From Eledone cirrhosa (lineage: Eukaryota), in NCBI GenBank assembly GCA_964016885.1, contig OZ024743.1, positions 54,498,001 through 54,562,000 on the forward strand: DNA of 64,000 nucleotides, read 5' to 3'. Position numbers and translations under genes: made by a program. Positions 1-13,834 of this stretch are shown here, piece by piece; the first letter of the stretch is position 1; every line of letters starts with the position of its first letter. Below the pieces are notes generated by a model that was not told the DNA's origin, did no database searches, and saw nothing but the letters and a program-made list of their open reading frames with translations.

Positions 1-24
1 ACTTGGACTGTTTCACCTTCGCGT
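1..24 (-). CDS. Probable next exon of the mucin-like gene; runs off the window edge
   Basis: Minus strand reads tactttcttttcag|ACGCGAAGG (pyrimidine tract + CAG). A phase-2 join to the donor at 928 gives an open frame L-R-E-G-E-T-V-Q. Confidence 0.4.
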
Positions 25-161
25 CTGAAAAGAAAGTATTGCCCTGAAATATGCTAAAATACACTACGTAAAACAATACTTAGTTTTGTTTCATTTGTCA
101 TCATTTGCCCTTCTTTATTTTTCTACCGCATTGTACCGGCGTTAAAAAATGTTTCGGTCTT

Positions 162-698
<537 letters not shown>

Positions 699-927
699 GC
701 TACTCCACAAAGACCGCTAGTCTCTATCGACATAATCTTGTTATGTACTTATCATAACGTGTTGAATTAATATCAGTCGCAGCAGTTTCACTTTCAGTTT
801 TGACAAACATGAAATCTACAAGCGGCTCACTGAAATTCTATTGATCTCCCACCTTGTCAATATTACTACCTATCACCAATACCCGCCCAACCATCTTAAC
901 ACGTCTCCTCCGGCATCACATACTCAC

Positions 928-3900
928 AATAGTATTGTTGTTATTGTTGTTGTTGTTGGTGGTGGTGGTGGTGTTGTTGTTGTTGTTGGTGGTGGTGTTG
1001 TTGGTAGTCTTTTTGTTGTTGGTTGTGGTGGTGTTGTTGGTAGTCTTTTTGTTGTTGTTGGTGGTGTTGTTGGTGGTGGTGGTGTTGGTGGTGGTGGTGT
1101 TGTTGGTAGTCTTTTTGTTGTTGTTGGTGGTGTTGTTGTTGGTGGTGGTGTGGTTGGTGGTGGTGTTGTTGGTAGTCTTTTTGTTGTTGTTGGTGGTGTT
1201 GTTGTTGGTGGTGTTGTTGGTGGTGGTGTTGTTGGTGGTGTTGTTGGTGGTGGTGTTGTTGGTGGTGGTGTTGTTGGTGGTGGTCTTGTCGGTGGTGGTG
1301 GTGTTGTTGGTGGTGCTGTTGTTGTTGGTGGTGGTGGTGTTGGTGGTGTTTTTGTTGTTGGTGGTGGTGGTGTTGTTGTTGGTGGTGGTGGTGTTGGTGG
1401 TGTTTTTGTTGTTGGTGGTGGTGTTGTTGTTGGTGGTGGTGTTGTTGGTAGTGATTTTGTTGTTGGTGGTGGTTTTGTTGGTGGTGGTGTTGTTGGTGGT
1501 GGTGTTGTTGTTGGTGGTGTTTTTGTTGTTGGTGGTGGTGTTGTTGTTGGTGGTGGTGTTGTTGGTAGTGGTGTTGTTGGTGGTGGTGTTGTTGTTGTTG
1601 ATGGTGGTGTTGTTGGTAGTGTTTTTGTTGTTGCTGGTGGTGGTGTTGTTGGTGGTGGTGTTGTTGGTGGTAGTGTTGTTGTTGGTGGTGGTGTTGTTGT
1701 TGGTCGTGTTTTTGTTGTTGATGGTGGTGGTGTTGTTGATGGTGGTGGTGGTGTTGTTGGTGGTTGTGGTGTTGTTGGTAGTGATTTTGTTGTTGGTGGT
1801 GGTGTTGTTGTTGGTGGTGTTGTTGGTGGTGGTGTTGTTGTTGGTGGTGGTGGTGTTGTTGTTAGTGTTGTTGGTAGTGTTGTTGGTAGTGGTGTTGTTG
1901 GTAGTGTTGTTGGTGGTGGTGTTGTTGGTGTTGTTGTTGTTGGTCGTGTTTTTGTTGTTGCTGGTGGTGTTGTTGTTGGTGGTGGTGTTGTTGGTAGTGT
2001 TGTTGGTGGTGTTGTTGGTGGTGTTTTTGTTGTTGGTAGTGTTTTTGTTGTTGCTGGTGGTGTTGGTGGTGGTGGTGGTGGTGTTGGTGGTGGTGTTGGT
2101 GGTGGTGGTGTTGTTGTTGGTGGTGGTGTTTTGGTGGTGGTGTTGTTGTTGGTGGTGGTGGTGTTGGTAGTGTTTTTGTTGTTGCTGGTGGTGTTGTTGG
2201 TGGTGGTGGTGATGTTGGTAGTGTTTTTGTTGTTGGTGTTGGTGGTAGTGTTGTTGGTGTTGTTGTTGTTGTTAGTCGTGTTGTTGTTGTTAGTGGTGTT
2301 GTTGTTGTTGTTGTTGTTAGTGTTGTTGTTGGTGGTGGTGTTTTTGTTGTTTCTGGTGGTGTTGTTGGTAGTGTTTTTGTTGTTGTTGGTGGTATTGTTG
2401 TTGCAGGTGGTGTTGTTGGTGGTGGTGGTGTTGTTGGTGGTGGTGTTGTCGGTGGTGGTGGTGTTGTTGGTGGTGGTGTTGTCGTTGTTGGTGGTGGTGT
2501 TGCTGGTGTTTTTGTTGTTGGTGGTGGTGTTGTTGGTTGTGATTTTGTTGTTGGTGGTGGTGTTGTTGGTAGTGATTTTGTTGGTGGTGGTGGTGTTGTT
2601 GTTGGTGGTGGTGGTGTTGGTGGTGTTGTTGATGGTGGTGGTGGTGTTGTTGGTGGTGGTGGTGTTGTTGGTAGTGATTTTGTTGTTGGTGGTGGTGTTG
2701 TTGTTGGTGGTGGTGTTGGTAGTGTTTTTGCTGTTGGTTTTGGTGGTAGTGTTGTTGGTGCTGTTGTTGTTGTTAGTGGTGTTGTTGTTGTTGGTGGTGG
2801 TGTTTTTGTTGTTGCTGGTGGTGTTGTTGGTAGTGTTTTTGTTGTTGTTGGTGGTATTGTTGTTGCAGGTGGTGTTGTTGGTGGTGGTGTTGTTGTTGGT
2901 CGTGTTTTTGTTGTTGATGGTGGTCGTGTTGTTGATGGTGGTGGTGTTGTTGTTGGTGGTGTTGGTGGTGTTGTTGGTAGTGATTTTGTTGTTGGTGGTG
3001 GTGTTGTTGTTGGTGGTGTTGGTGGTGTTGTTGGTAGTGTTTTCGTTGTTGCTGTTGGCGGTGTTGTTGTTGGTGGTGGTGTTGTTGGTAGTGTTTTTGT
3101 TGTTGCTGGTGGTGGTGTTGTTGGTGGTGGTGTTGTTGGTGTTGTTGTTGTTGGTCGTGTTTTTGTTATTGATGGTGGTGGTGTTGTTGTTGTTGGTGGT
3201 GGTGTTGTTGGTAGTGTTGTTGGTAGTTTTGTTGGTAGTGGTGTTGTTGGTAGTGTTGTTGGTGGTGGTGTTGTTGTTGGTGATGTTGTTGTTGGTCGTG
3301 TTTTTGTTGTTGATGGTGGTGGTGTTGTTGTTGGTGGTGGTGGTGTTGTTGGTAGTGTTTTTGTTCTTGCTGATGGTGTTGTTGGTGGTGGTATTGTTGT
3401 TGGTGTTTTTGTTGTTGTTGTTGGTGGTGATGTTTTTGTTGTTGGTAGTGTTTTTGTTGTTGCTGGTGGTGTTGTTGGTGGTGGTGGTGTTGTTGGTGGT
3501 GGTGGTGTTGTTGGTGGAGGTGTTGTCGGTGGTGGTGGTGTTGTTGGTGGTGGTGTTGTTGTTAGTGGTGGTGGTGTTGGTAGTGTTTTTGTTGTTGCTG
3601 GTGGTGTTGTTGGTGGTGGTGGTGACGTTGGTAGGTTTTTTTGTTGCTGGTGGTGTTGTTGGTGGTGGTGGTGATGTTGGTAGTGTTTTTGTTGTTGGTG
3701 TTGGTGGTAGTGTTGTTGGTGTTGTTGTTGTTGTTAGTGGTGTTGTTGTTGTTAGTGTTGTTGTTGTTGGTGGTTGTGTTTTTGTTGTTGTTGTTGGTGT
3801 TGTTGTTGCAGGTTGTATTGTTGGTGTTGTTGTTGTTGTTGTTAGGGGTGTTGTTGTTGTTGTTGTTAGTGTTGTTGTGGTTGGTGTTGGTGTTTTTGTT

Positions 3901-4143
3901 GTTGTTGGGGGTGTTGTTAGTAGTATTTTTGTTGTTGCTGGTGGTGATGTTGTTGTTAGTAGTGTTGTTGTTGGTGGTGGTGGTGTTTTTGCAGCAGTAG
4001 TAGCAGCAGGCAGCAGAAGCAGTAGTAGTAGCAGGAGCAGCAGCAACAGCAGTAGTAGTAGTAGTAGTAGCAGCAGCAGCAGCAGCAGCGGCAACAGCAG
4101 TAGTAGTAGTAGCAGAGCAGCAGGCAGCAGCAGCAGTAGAAGT

Positions 4144-4227
<84 letters not shown>

Positions 4228-4237
4228 CTTTGACGTT

Positions 4238-4304
<67 letters not shown>

Positions 4305-4392
4305 CAGCAGCAGCAGCAGCAGCAGAAGCAGCAGCAACAGCAGCAGTAGTAGTAGCTGTCGTTGCTGCGGCTGCAGTGATGTTCTTTTCGCG
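928..4392 (-). CDS. Large Thr/Pro-rich mucin-like (PTS) exon, frameshifted in this sequence
   Basis: Recurring PTTKTLPTTPPP / PTTTKRLPTTPPP units. Perfect donor TT|GTGAGT at 928/927. Possible acceptor ctaatcctgtcacag| at 4393/4392. The T/P frame is broken by small indels near 2130, 3636 and 4010. Confidence 0.55.
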
Positions 4393-5256
4393 CTGTGACA
4401 GGATTAGATAGCTCAACCTAACTTCTTAAGCAAGCTTGTTATTCTTTGAGTTCTCTTCATACGCTCCTTTATTCTATATAATCACTGACATTTATACACC
4501 CACATACATACACGCCCCCCCCCCCCCCCCCCCCACAACACACACATACATACTTATATGCATATATTCCTAAGCCGAAATACGATTCTCGCTAATTTAT
4601 ATTTATATATATATATATATATGTATGTGTGTATATGTGGGTGTGTGTGTATAAATATTTAATGTAGATACAAGTAAAACCGGCTGAGAAAAGTCAATTC
4701 GAACTTATATATGCCCCAACCATGGTTTCTGAAACTCAAGATTCAGTAGCTGGATTTCCAAGACATTGGACTTCCCAATACAGGAAGAATTTAAGTTTCT
4801 TCATCAGGAGGCGAATTCTTCATAAGAATAAAGGGACGAGTTGAAAATATATAATACATATCATTTCACTGCTAGATGTTATAGGTGAACGAGGTGTTGT
4901 AACTTTGAATTACTCTACCCTACAAGCTGAATATATATCATATAAACCATGCCGTTTATAGAGAACGTGGGAAAGCAACGTGGTGTATCACTGAATTTTC
5001 TACTCAATGTATCAGGACAATATAATGGGTTTATACCAACGCCTAGAAATAGCAGCTAAAAAGCTATCTAAATCAACTCAAACAATGACTTGTATCCCCT
5101 CCAAAGTGAGATTTGGGCTTAGATTTGATATATTTTAACACTTCTCTGAGTGGATAATTAGTTTATTAATTTATCAATACATCTTGTCCTGTCATTGAGA
5201 TGCCTACGTATTAGAGACAGGTAGCTTTATAGAGTTGTAAATTAATATATATATAT

Positions 5257-5341
<85 letters not shown>

Positions 5342-6026
5342 TGTGTGTGTGTGCGTGCGTGTGCGTGTGTGTGTGTGTGTGTAAAATAAACTTTATTAGA
5401 GACAGTTAACTTTGTAGAGTTGTAAATTAATATTAACTGCTCCACCATTGTTTGAGCTACTTTAAACATTGATTTTGCCTAAGATTATTTATTTACAATC
5501 GGGCAATAGATTGCCAGGGACTTTAAAACGACAAATATTTGTATTCCTTCTGGCTTTCAGCATTCTGATTTGAAATCCTACCGAGGTCAATCTTTCATTT
5601 CATCCTTTCGAGGTCATAAATAGCGTTCCACTTTAGTGCCCGGTACGATTTACCTCTCTGTCTGTTTCTTACCCCCCCCCCCCCCCTTCTTCTTCTTCTT
5701 CTTCTTCTTCTTCTTCTTCTTCTTCTTCTTCTTCTTCTTCTTCTTCTTCTTCTTCTTCTTCTTCTTCTTCTTCAGGAAGAAATTGGCTGTATTTATAGGG
5801 ATGGTCTCTGTCAGAGTGTTACACTGGTGCTAATATGACTCAATGGTGAGTCAAGGGCCCATGCTTGCATGCAACACGGTGATAGATTGGCAGAGATACT
5901 AGAACGTCGGACAATATGGCGTGTAGTATTTAGTTACGAATTTTTATGATCTGACTTCAAATCCAGTGGGTAAAAAGAGAACAAATCTGAGCGTACTTTC
6001 TGGAGATATCTCGTTAACTCTTTCAG

Positions 6027-6215
6027 TTGCTGCTGTTGCTGCTACTACTGCTGCTGCTGTTGCTGTTGTTGCTACTACTGCTGCTGGTGTTGCTGCTGTT
6101 GCTGCTGTTGCTGCTGTTGCTGCTGTTGCTGCTGTTGCTACTACTGCTGCTGCTGCTGCTGCTGTTGAGCTACTACTACTGTTGCTGTTGTTGCTGCTGT
6201 TGCTGCTGTTGCTAG

Positions 6216-6247
<32 letters not shown>

Positions 6248-6490
6248 TAGCTACTACTGCTGTTGCTGCTGTTGCTACTACTGTTGCTGCTGCTGTTGCT
6301 GTTGTTGCTGCTGTTGCTGCTGTAGCTACTACTGCTACTGCTGCTGTTGCTGCTGTTGCTACTACTACTGCTGCTGCTGCTGTTGTTGCTGCTGTTGCTG
6401 CTGTAGCTACTACTGCTGCTGCTGCTGCTGTTGCTGCTGTTGCAACTATTGCTGCTCTGCTACTGCTGCTTCTGTTGCTACTGCTGCTTG
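6027..6490. repeat. Degenerate (GCT/GTT/ACT)n trinucleotide repeat
   Basis: Visible periodicity. Confidence 0.85.
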
Positions 6491-6723
6491 ACCCTTTAGC
6501 ATTGAAACCGGCCATGTCCGCCCAGAGTTCTCTTACCTATTTCTGTTCAAACTGGCTGAAACCAGCCACTCATACTTATGTTAACGTATTGTTCTAAAAA
6601 TATATAATATCAAAATTTCATAGATTCAATATTATGAGATAATTATGTAAGGTAAAGCCTTTACCATGAAAATACAATAGGGATGATGATGATGAGAGAG
6701 ATGATGGTGGGGATGATGATGGA

Positions 6724-6783
<60 letters not shown>

Positions 6784-7090
6784 GAGGAGGAGGAGGAGGA
6801 GGAGGAGGAAGAAGAGGGAGAGTGGGGAGGGGGAGGGGGGAATGAGAATTATGATGATGAGGAGGAGGAGGGGGAGCAGGAGGGAGAAGAAGAGGAGCTG
6901 GAGGATGATGTTGTTGTTAATAATGATGATGACTACGAAGATAATTTTGTGGTGATCACTGCCGTTGTCCTCAACGTTCTGAAAGTTGGACCAGTATTAT
7001 ATACGAACTTCGAGGTACTACTCAAGATTGTGTGTATATTTGGACCTGTAATTCCTGGTGGAATCGTAGGTGCGCCATATTAACATACGG

Positions 7091-7139
<49 letters not shown>

Positions 7140-7143
<4 letters not shown>

Positions 7144-7302
7144 ATTAATTGACTATAATAACTGGACTGGTACATTTTTATCAACCTCAAGATGATAAAA
7201 GATAAGGCTGACGGGATTTGAACTCAGCGAGCAGAGACCCGGAACTAATACCACAAACCATTCTATCCGACGTTCTGACGACACTCAACCAATTCGCCGC
7301 CT
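7140..7302 (-). mobile_element. tRNA-type SINE copy
   Basis: Minus strand has B-box-like gagttcaaatccc and shares the gataaaa...gtaccagt segment with copies at 10955 and 20275. Confidence 0.6.
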
Positions 7303-7388
7303 CTTAACTCAAGAATACTCAGTTTAACAAATTTTATATGTATGTATATTATACCCCCCCCCCCTCCACACACACAAAAACACACACA

Positions 7389-7478
<90 letters not shown>

Positions 7479-7479
7479 A

Positions 7480-8710
7480 CTGGAGCGTATGCTCTTTCGC
7501 TTCTTGAAAAGACTCGGTCCGATTGTCATCTGCTGACAACACTGCTGCTGAAAGAACTGGGAATGCCGTGGCTGATGATGTGCAAACATGCGCTGAGGCT
7601 ACGACATCTCCACATTTTCCTTAACGTCGAATAGGTGTGGTCACCATTCACTAGCCACGTCATTCCCTAGCTCATATCCTTGACAAAACTGCAGCCCCGG
7701 GTTAAGTGGAGGCCATAAAGGAGAGCTAGTAAATTGAAATGTCTTCAAGTGTTCAGAGCCATTTGCTAATCGGTCAGTGCGATGGGTGGAATATCTATAG
7801 AGGGTTAGTGGCGGATAAAAGTGCCGACGTTCTTGGGGAAATTCTGAGCATCAACAAAAATCAACTATTTTTTTCAGGAGGACTTTTGGTCCAGGGCCAA
7901 TGGAGGACTTCCAGAGATCTATGGTTTGGCAATACTACCGCGCATCTTTACCAGTTCGCGATAAACTCTACAGGCATGGATGAGCCGTCAGTCGGAGTTT
8001 TCCGAGATGTACACATGGCGAGGAAACCGTCCTGCATGTACTCGTCCTGTATCCGAGCATTGCCGACTTGTGGCTTTATGTCGAACACTTGCTGTTTCAT
8101 GTAGAAAAATTCTGGCTATAAGCTGAGTCCATTGTGAAGATCGCCCCACCGCCTTCATTTAGCCGGGAAGGGCAGGATGTTTCCTTCTATCTGGTGCGCA
8201 TGGCAAAAGACATTGTATGGTGGACACGTCTGAAAGTGTTGAAAAGAAGTACTTCCATCTTCAGCGTAACCCTGATTAACTTTTTCGGGTTTCACTCGAA
8301 GAGAACCATCAGCATTGAGAGGCAAGTGCTGCCTTACAGCCAGTTTGTTGAAAGGTGGGTGAAAGAGACGAGCATGGTGCGTGTGAAAGGGCCGCTCTCA
8401 GTATGTGCCTGTAGATTGGAGGAGGGGTACAGTAAAGCACCTGTGGTTTTATGATGGGGGAGGTGGTTCCATGAGCAAACTTCGAATGCTTACTCCATAT
8501 TAAGGAATTTCCATTGTTAAAATTGTTTGTTACCTTTCTCTTTACTAGTGTTAAACCTGTTTACATGCAAAACCCACACACCGACACCCACACCCACATA
8601 CCCCCCCCCCCCACACACACACAATACCCACACATATATAAACTCTCTGTTTTTCTCCTGTAGCGTCCTAATATTTCTTAATGTAACCCTTTGTGGTGAA
8701 TGAAGAAATC
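7480..8710 (+). mobile_element. Decayed 5'-truncated Tx1/L1-clade LINE (ORF2 C-terminus + 3' UTR)
   Basis: LGMPWLMMCKHALRLRHLHIFL and MAKDIVWWTRLK match the younger copy at 59163-60400. Both end in ccct(t)tgtgg...aagaaat. Confidence 0.8.
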
Positions 8711-9144
8711 CTTATTATTATTTGACATAGCCATTAGAGCATTGGACGACATGCTTTGCTGCATATAGTTGCGTCCCTTTACGTTCTGAGTTCAAATCTG
8801 ACCGAGGCTATATTTGCCTTTCAAATTTACGGGGTCTATAAAATAAAGTACCATAATGAAAACCGATTGTTTTCAAACTTTACACATGTAATACTTATGG
8901 TCCTGTGAGTGTTTTGAACAAAACATATTTCAAATTTCCAATGCCCTGGGGACCGCATTAGGCGATTTAGCGATCTTTCTCTATAACTCTTAGTCTTTCT
9001 CTTTTTAGATAGATAAATAGATATAACGTTGTGCCCTTATAATATCTGTCTGTATGTCTGGCTGTCTACATTACGGCATTATGACGCTATATGTGTATGT
9101 GTGTACATATGTATATATATAGTGTATATATATATATGGTGTGT

Positions 9145-9405
9145 AACGTTTTTCGAATTATTTACTTCTGCGTTCACAGATTGATTTTTTGAGTTTCAGA
9201 AGATACCGTTAAGGGTGAAAGCAGCGATTCTTTGCTTAAACTTTAATCTGTTATTTTAATATATATATATATATATATATATAATTATATATTCGTGTAC
9301 AGATATTTTTGCATACACAATAACAAAATATAAACAAACGTATTTATTTCACGAGGCTCGATAAGGATAACTATATATCAAATATATAAGAACTCTAGAG
9401 CAAAT
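9145..9405 (+). mobile_element. Solo 3'-terminal fragment of the Penelope family at 19970-23137
   Basis: Matches 52095-52210, including the hammerhead-like motif at ~9192-9242. Confidence 0.7.
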
Positions 9406-9433
9406 CCCGAGCAACGCCGGGCCATTCTGCTAG

Positions 9434-9694
9434 TTTATTATTAAAACTCTGTGATTGCTTGTTTGCTTGCTTGCTTGCTTGTCTGTTATATAATACAGCC
9501 AAAACGGCGCATAATGGGAAAATACTTTGAAAAGAAGTTGATCCTGAAATGCGAATACAAATGGAATAAAATAAGTTTCGCGTAAATCGTTGCACGGGTT
9601 GCCGAGATATGGGGTTTTTCCGGGTACCTTCATAAACACAGAGAGAGAAAGATAGAGAGAAAGAAAGAGAGAGAGAGAGGGAGAGAGAGAGAGA

Positions 9695-9733
<39 letters not shown>

Positions 9734-10473
9734 TTGTTGTGAAAGAGTATATTGAAATAGAGACATAGAGGGAGGGAGAGGAGATAGAGAATGAGAAGGG
9801 AAGAGAGAGAGCTGGTGGTGTTGTTGTGTATAATTATGTGAGTGTGTGTGTATATATATGTGTGTGTGTCTATGGTCAGTGTTTATAGATCACAGACACC
9901 CACATATATACACAGACACACATACATATACATATATATATATGTATACACACACACACATTTATATATACATACACACACGTATATATATATATATATA
10001 TTGGCCTTCCAGTTTCATTTCACATTATATACATGTCTGTGTATAATTCAATTATTTCAAAATTATTTAAAAAAATATTTTGAAGTGATCGTGAGCCAAC
10101 GGGTCATTGGTGGTCTAGTATATTACTAAAAGTCTGTGATTGCTTGCTTGTCTGTAATGTAATACAGCAAAAGGACTCATAATGGGAAAATACTTTGAAA
10201 GGAAGTTGAAGCTGAAATGGGAATATAAATGGAATAAAATAAATTTCGCGTAAATCGAAGCACGGGTTCCCGAGATATGGGGGTTTCTGGGTACTTTCAG
10301 AAACAGAGAGAGAGAAAGATAGAGAGAAAGAGATAGTGGTTGTGAGAGAGTGTATTGAAAGAGAGACATAGAGAGAGGGAGAGGAGACAGAGAAGGAGAA
10401 TGAAAGAGAGAGAGCTGGTGGTGTTGTTGCGTAATGTAACCCATGTGCAAACCACGCAGTATTCTTTCTTCTC

Positions 10474-10525
<52 letters not shown>

Positions 10526-10928
10526 GATAAATCTACCAAAAGTTTACGGTAGTGTCCAATCCGTATGAAGAACTCAATGTAATCCGGATATATGTGTGTG
10601 TGTGTGTGTGTGAGTGTGTGTCTATATATATATATGTGCGTGTGTACATGTGTGTGTGTATCTATAGCCAGTGTATATAGATCACAGACACCCACATATA
10701 TATATATATAAACACACACATACATACATATATATGTATTCACACATGCATTTATATATATACATACACACACGTATATATATATTTATATATGGGCGTT
10801 CCAGTTTCATTTCACATTATATACTTGTTTGTGTATATTTTAATTATTTAAAAATTATTTTTGAGTGAACATGATTTTTAAAGAATATTTTGAAGTGAAC
10901 GTGACCCAACAGTTCAGGGGTGGTCTAG
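9434..10928 (+). mobile_element. Two tandem non-autonomous Helitron-like copies (9434-10118, 10119-10928)
   Basis: Homologous copies, each ending in a GC-rich subterminal segment + CTAG. They are preceded by another Helitron 3' end (cccgagcaacgccggg...ctag, 9433). Confidence 0.65.
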
Positions 10929-10954
10929 TTATATATAATTTGAAGGATGATTGA

Positions 10955-11500
10955 TTGGCAGTATCGGTAGAACGTCGGACTATATGCTTTGTAGCATATA
11001 ATTACGTCCCTTTGCGTTCTGCGTTTAAATCTCACCGAAATTAGCTTTGCCTTCCATCTTTACGAGGTCGATAAAATAAAGTACCAGTAATGCACTGGGG
11101 TCAATTTAATCGACTTTCCTCCTTCCTTTAAATCATTGCTGGCTTTGTGCCTAAATCAGTAACCATTGCTTTGACGTATAGAGTTACGGCCCTTGTTATT
11201 CTGAGTTCAAATCCTGCCGAGGTTAACTTTGCCTTTCATCCTTACGGGGTCGATAAAATAAAGTACCAGTAATGCACTGGGTAATTTGCTGGCCTTGTGC
11301 CTAACGTAGAAATAGTTATTATGGTGGTGAGGTTAACTTTGCCTTTCATCCTTACGGGGTCGATAAAATAAAGTACCAGTAATGCCATTGCATTACTGGT
11401 ATTAATTGGTATCCTTACGGGGTCGATAAAATAAAGTACCAGTAATGCCATTGCATTACTGGCATTAATTGCTGGCCTTGTGCCAAAAGGTAGAAACAAT
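10955..11500 (+). mobile_element. Cluster of tRNA-type SINE copies and partial tandem duplications
   Basis: Repeated ggtcgataaaataaagtaccagtaatg; B-box gagttcaaatcc. Confidence 0.75.
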
Positions 11501-11990
11501 TATTATGATAAACATTCATTGAACATCGATAGTGTCAACTGCAACAGTTATGGAGGTAACAGCAGCAGTCGCAGAAACGGCAAACAATAAAGGTATATGC
11601 AGTGTGATAATAACAGTTTAACACCATGTTTAACAGATAGACGATGGCCAGCTAATAATATAAATCACGTGGTTAATTCTATTATACATTAGAGATTTTA
11701 GAGCCGGAAATGACGACATGCTTGGTCTAATTACTGAGCTATCAGAAACGTAAATGAATGTCCTTAAGCTGTATTTATAATTCGATTTGATTGACAATGT
11801 CGTCTACAACTGAACATAATCTGGGGGCTGTCTTTCCATTTTTGACTTGAAACAGCACTCAAAATGTGCGTCTCCCTCTATATACCGTTGACATCTCAGA
11901 GCTGACATTTGACATGAGCTTGTAAAGGCTATCTCTGTATCAATTTGTTTAACAGTCTGCCTGCTTATTCGTTATAACATCTGGTAAGAC

Positions 11991-12092
<102 letters not shown>

Positions 12093-12492
12093 CATGAGCG
12101 CCAGCAACAACTTCAGTAATCTACATCCCATTAAGTGACATTTATTATTCATAGACTGATTACAATGTTGTACGAATTGACTCTATTATTAATAAATTAC
12201 TGGTGCGTTAATAATGTTCTGTTTGACAGTCTTAAGAGGTGACAAAAAGAGATAGCGCCAGGAAAGCCATCCGGTTGTAAAACATTGCCTCAAAAAGGAT
12301 CCCATGGTGAATATAAAGCTTGTCCTGGAACCAGTAAGGTTGAACCTTTAGCAAAGAAAATGACTTTAAAACGATTCTTGTTGTATGATGTAAGTACTAC
12401 AGAATATATGTATAATTTTCAGTGAACACTAAGTATGGGCATGTATAAATGCCTATACACACACACACACACGTATATATATATATGTATAC

Positions 12493-12580
<88 letters not shown>

Positions 12581-12582
12581 TG

Positions 12583-12643
<61 letters not shown>

Positions 12644-12695
12644 TATATAAACTGTATATATATATATACATACATATATATATATATATATATTA

Positions 12696-13594
12696 TCTAT
12701 ATATATAAAACTGTGGTTGTCTGTCTGTCTATCGATTTTTGGCACACATCTCCTCTTAGAATCTCTCACGGAATTGCACCGAAATTGCTATACTTGTACA
12801 TTGAGCCCTAGCGAAGACATCGGGAAAAAAAAATTTCAAATTGACCCACCCTATGTGACGAAATCGAATATAATGTATCGATTTTTGAGCGTAAGTGATC
12901 AGTTATTTCCCTTTGTTCTGTTTACATTGAGCGTCTTACGTAAAAAAATTACGCTGGCTTTCTCAGCGTTTAAAATGACATTAACAGTTGTCGAGCCAGC
13001 AAAATATTGACCTGCAAAATTCATCAGTTCGAACACTAAGCTTCCGTTTTGCTTCATTTCCATTTAAAAGCATTTTAAAACAATATTTTTACTTGAAAAC
13101 AAGTCTATTTAAAGACTACGTAAAACAAGCAAATATTTCGTCGTTAGGCGTGCAGACAGACAGTCGTGCAGACAGACAGTCGTGCAGAGAGGTGATATAC
13201 GCGTGCAGACAGATAGTCGTGCAGAGAGGTGATATAGGCGTGCAGACAGACAGTCGTGCAGAGAGGTGATATAGGCGTGCAGACAGACATAACTGATAAT
13301 TTGGTTACGCTAATGTTTTTCTCTGCGTTGCAGTGTTTACATTTTCGATCTTTGTTAATAAATAACCAGTGCAGTTTCTATCCCCAGCATCCTCTTTTGT
13401 TATAACATTCGGGTTATCGTTATGTTTTCTTAACTTCATAAGGCATATTGTTGGTTGAGGGAATATTAATCAAAAACACCACATGCAAGTCTGCACAGTA
13501 GACACTACAGTTTTTAAGCCAAGAAAGAAACTTAACATTGTAACTTTAACACAGCTACTGAGCGACCCCGAGCAACGCCGGGCTTTACTGCTAG
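12696..13594 (+). mobile_element. Non-autonomous Helitron
   Basis: 5' TCtatata...gtctgtctg; 3' cccgagcaacgccggg hairpin + CTAG|T; lies in a (TA)n tract. Confidence 0.75.
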
Positions 13595-13727
<133 letters not shown>

Positions 13728-13834
13728 ATATATTATATATATAATTGGTGTTGGATGCTTAAAGCGTCGGTATTGCGGTAGGCCGTATGAGCACTCGATG
13801 CCCTCATAGAGCAGAGTATGATATCACAGAAAAA

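Noticed and set aside
841-4233. 1130-aa Val/Gly/Leu ORF on the plus strand
   Set aside because: Antisense shadow of the T/P repeat; splice signals favour the minus strand
10955-11050. tRNA genes
   Set aside because: A/B-box-like motifs belong to dispersed SINE heads; no cloverleaf
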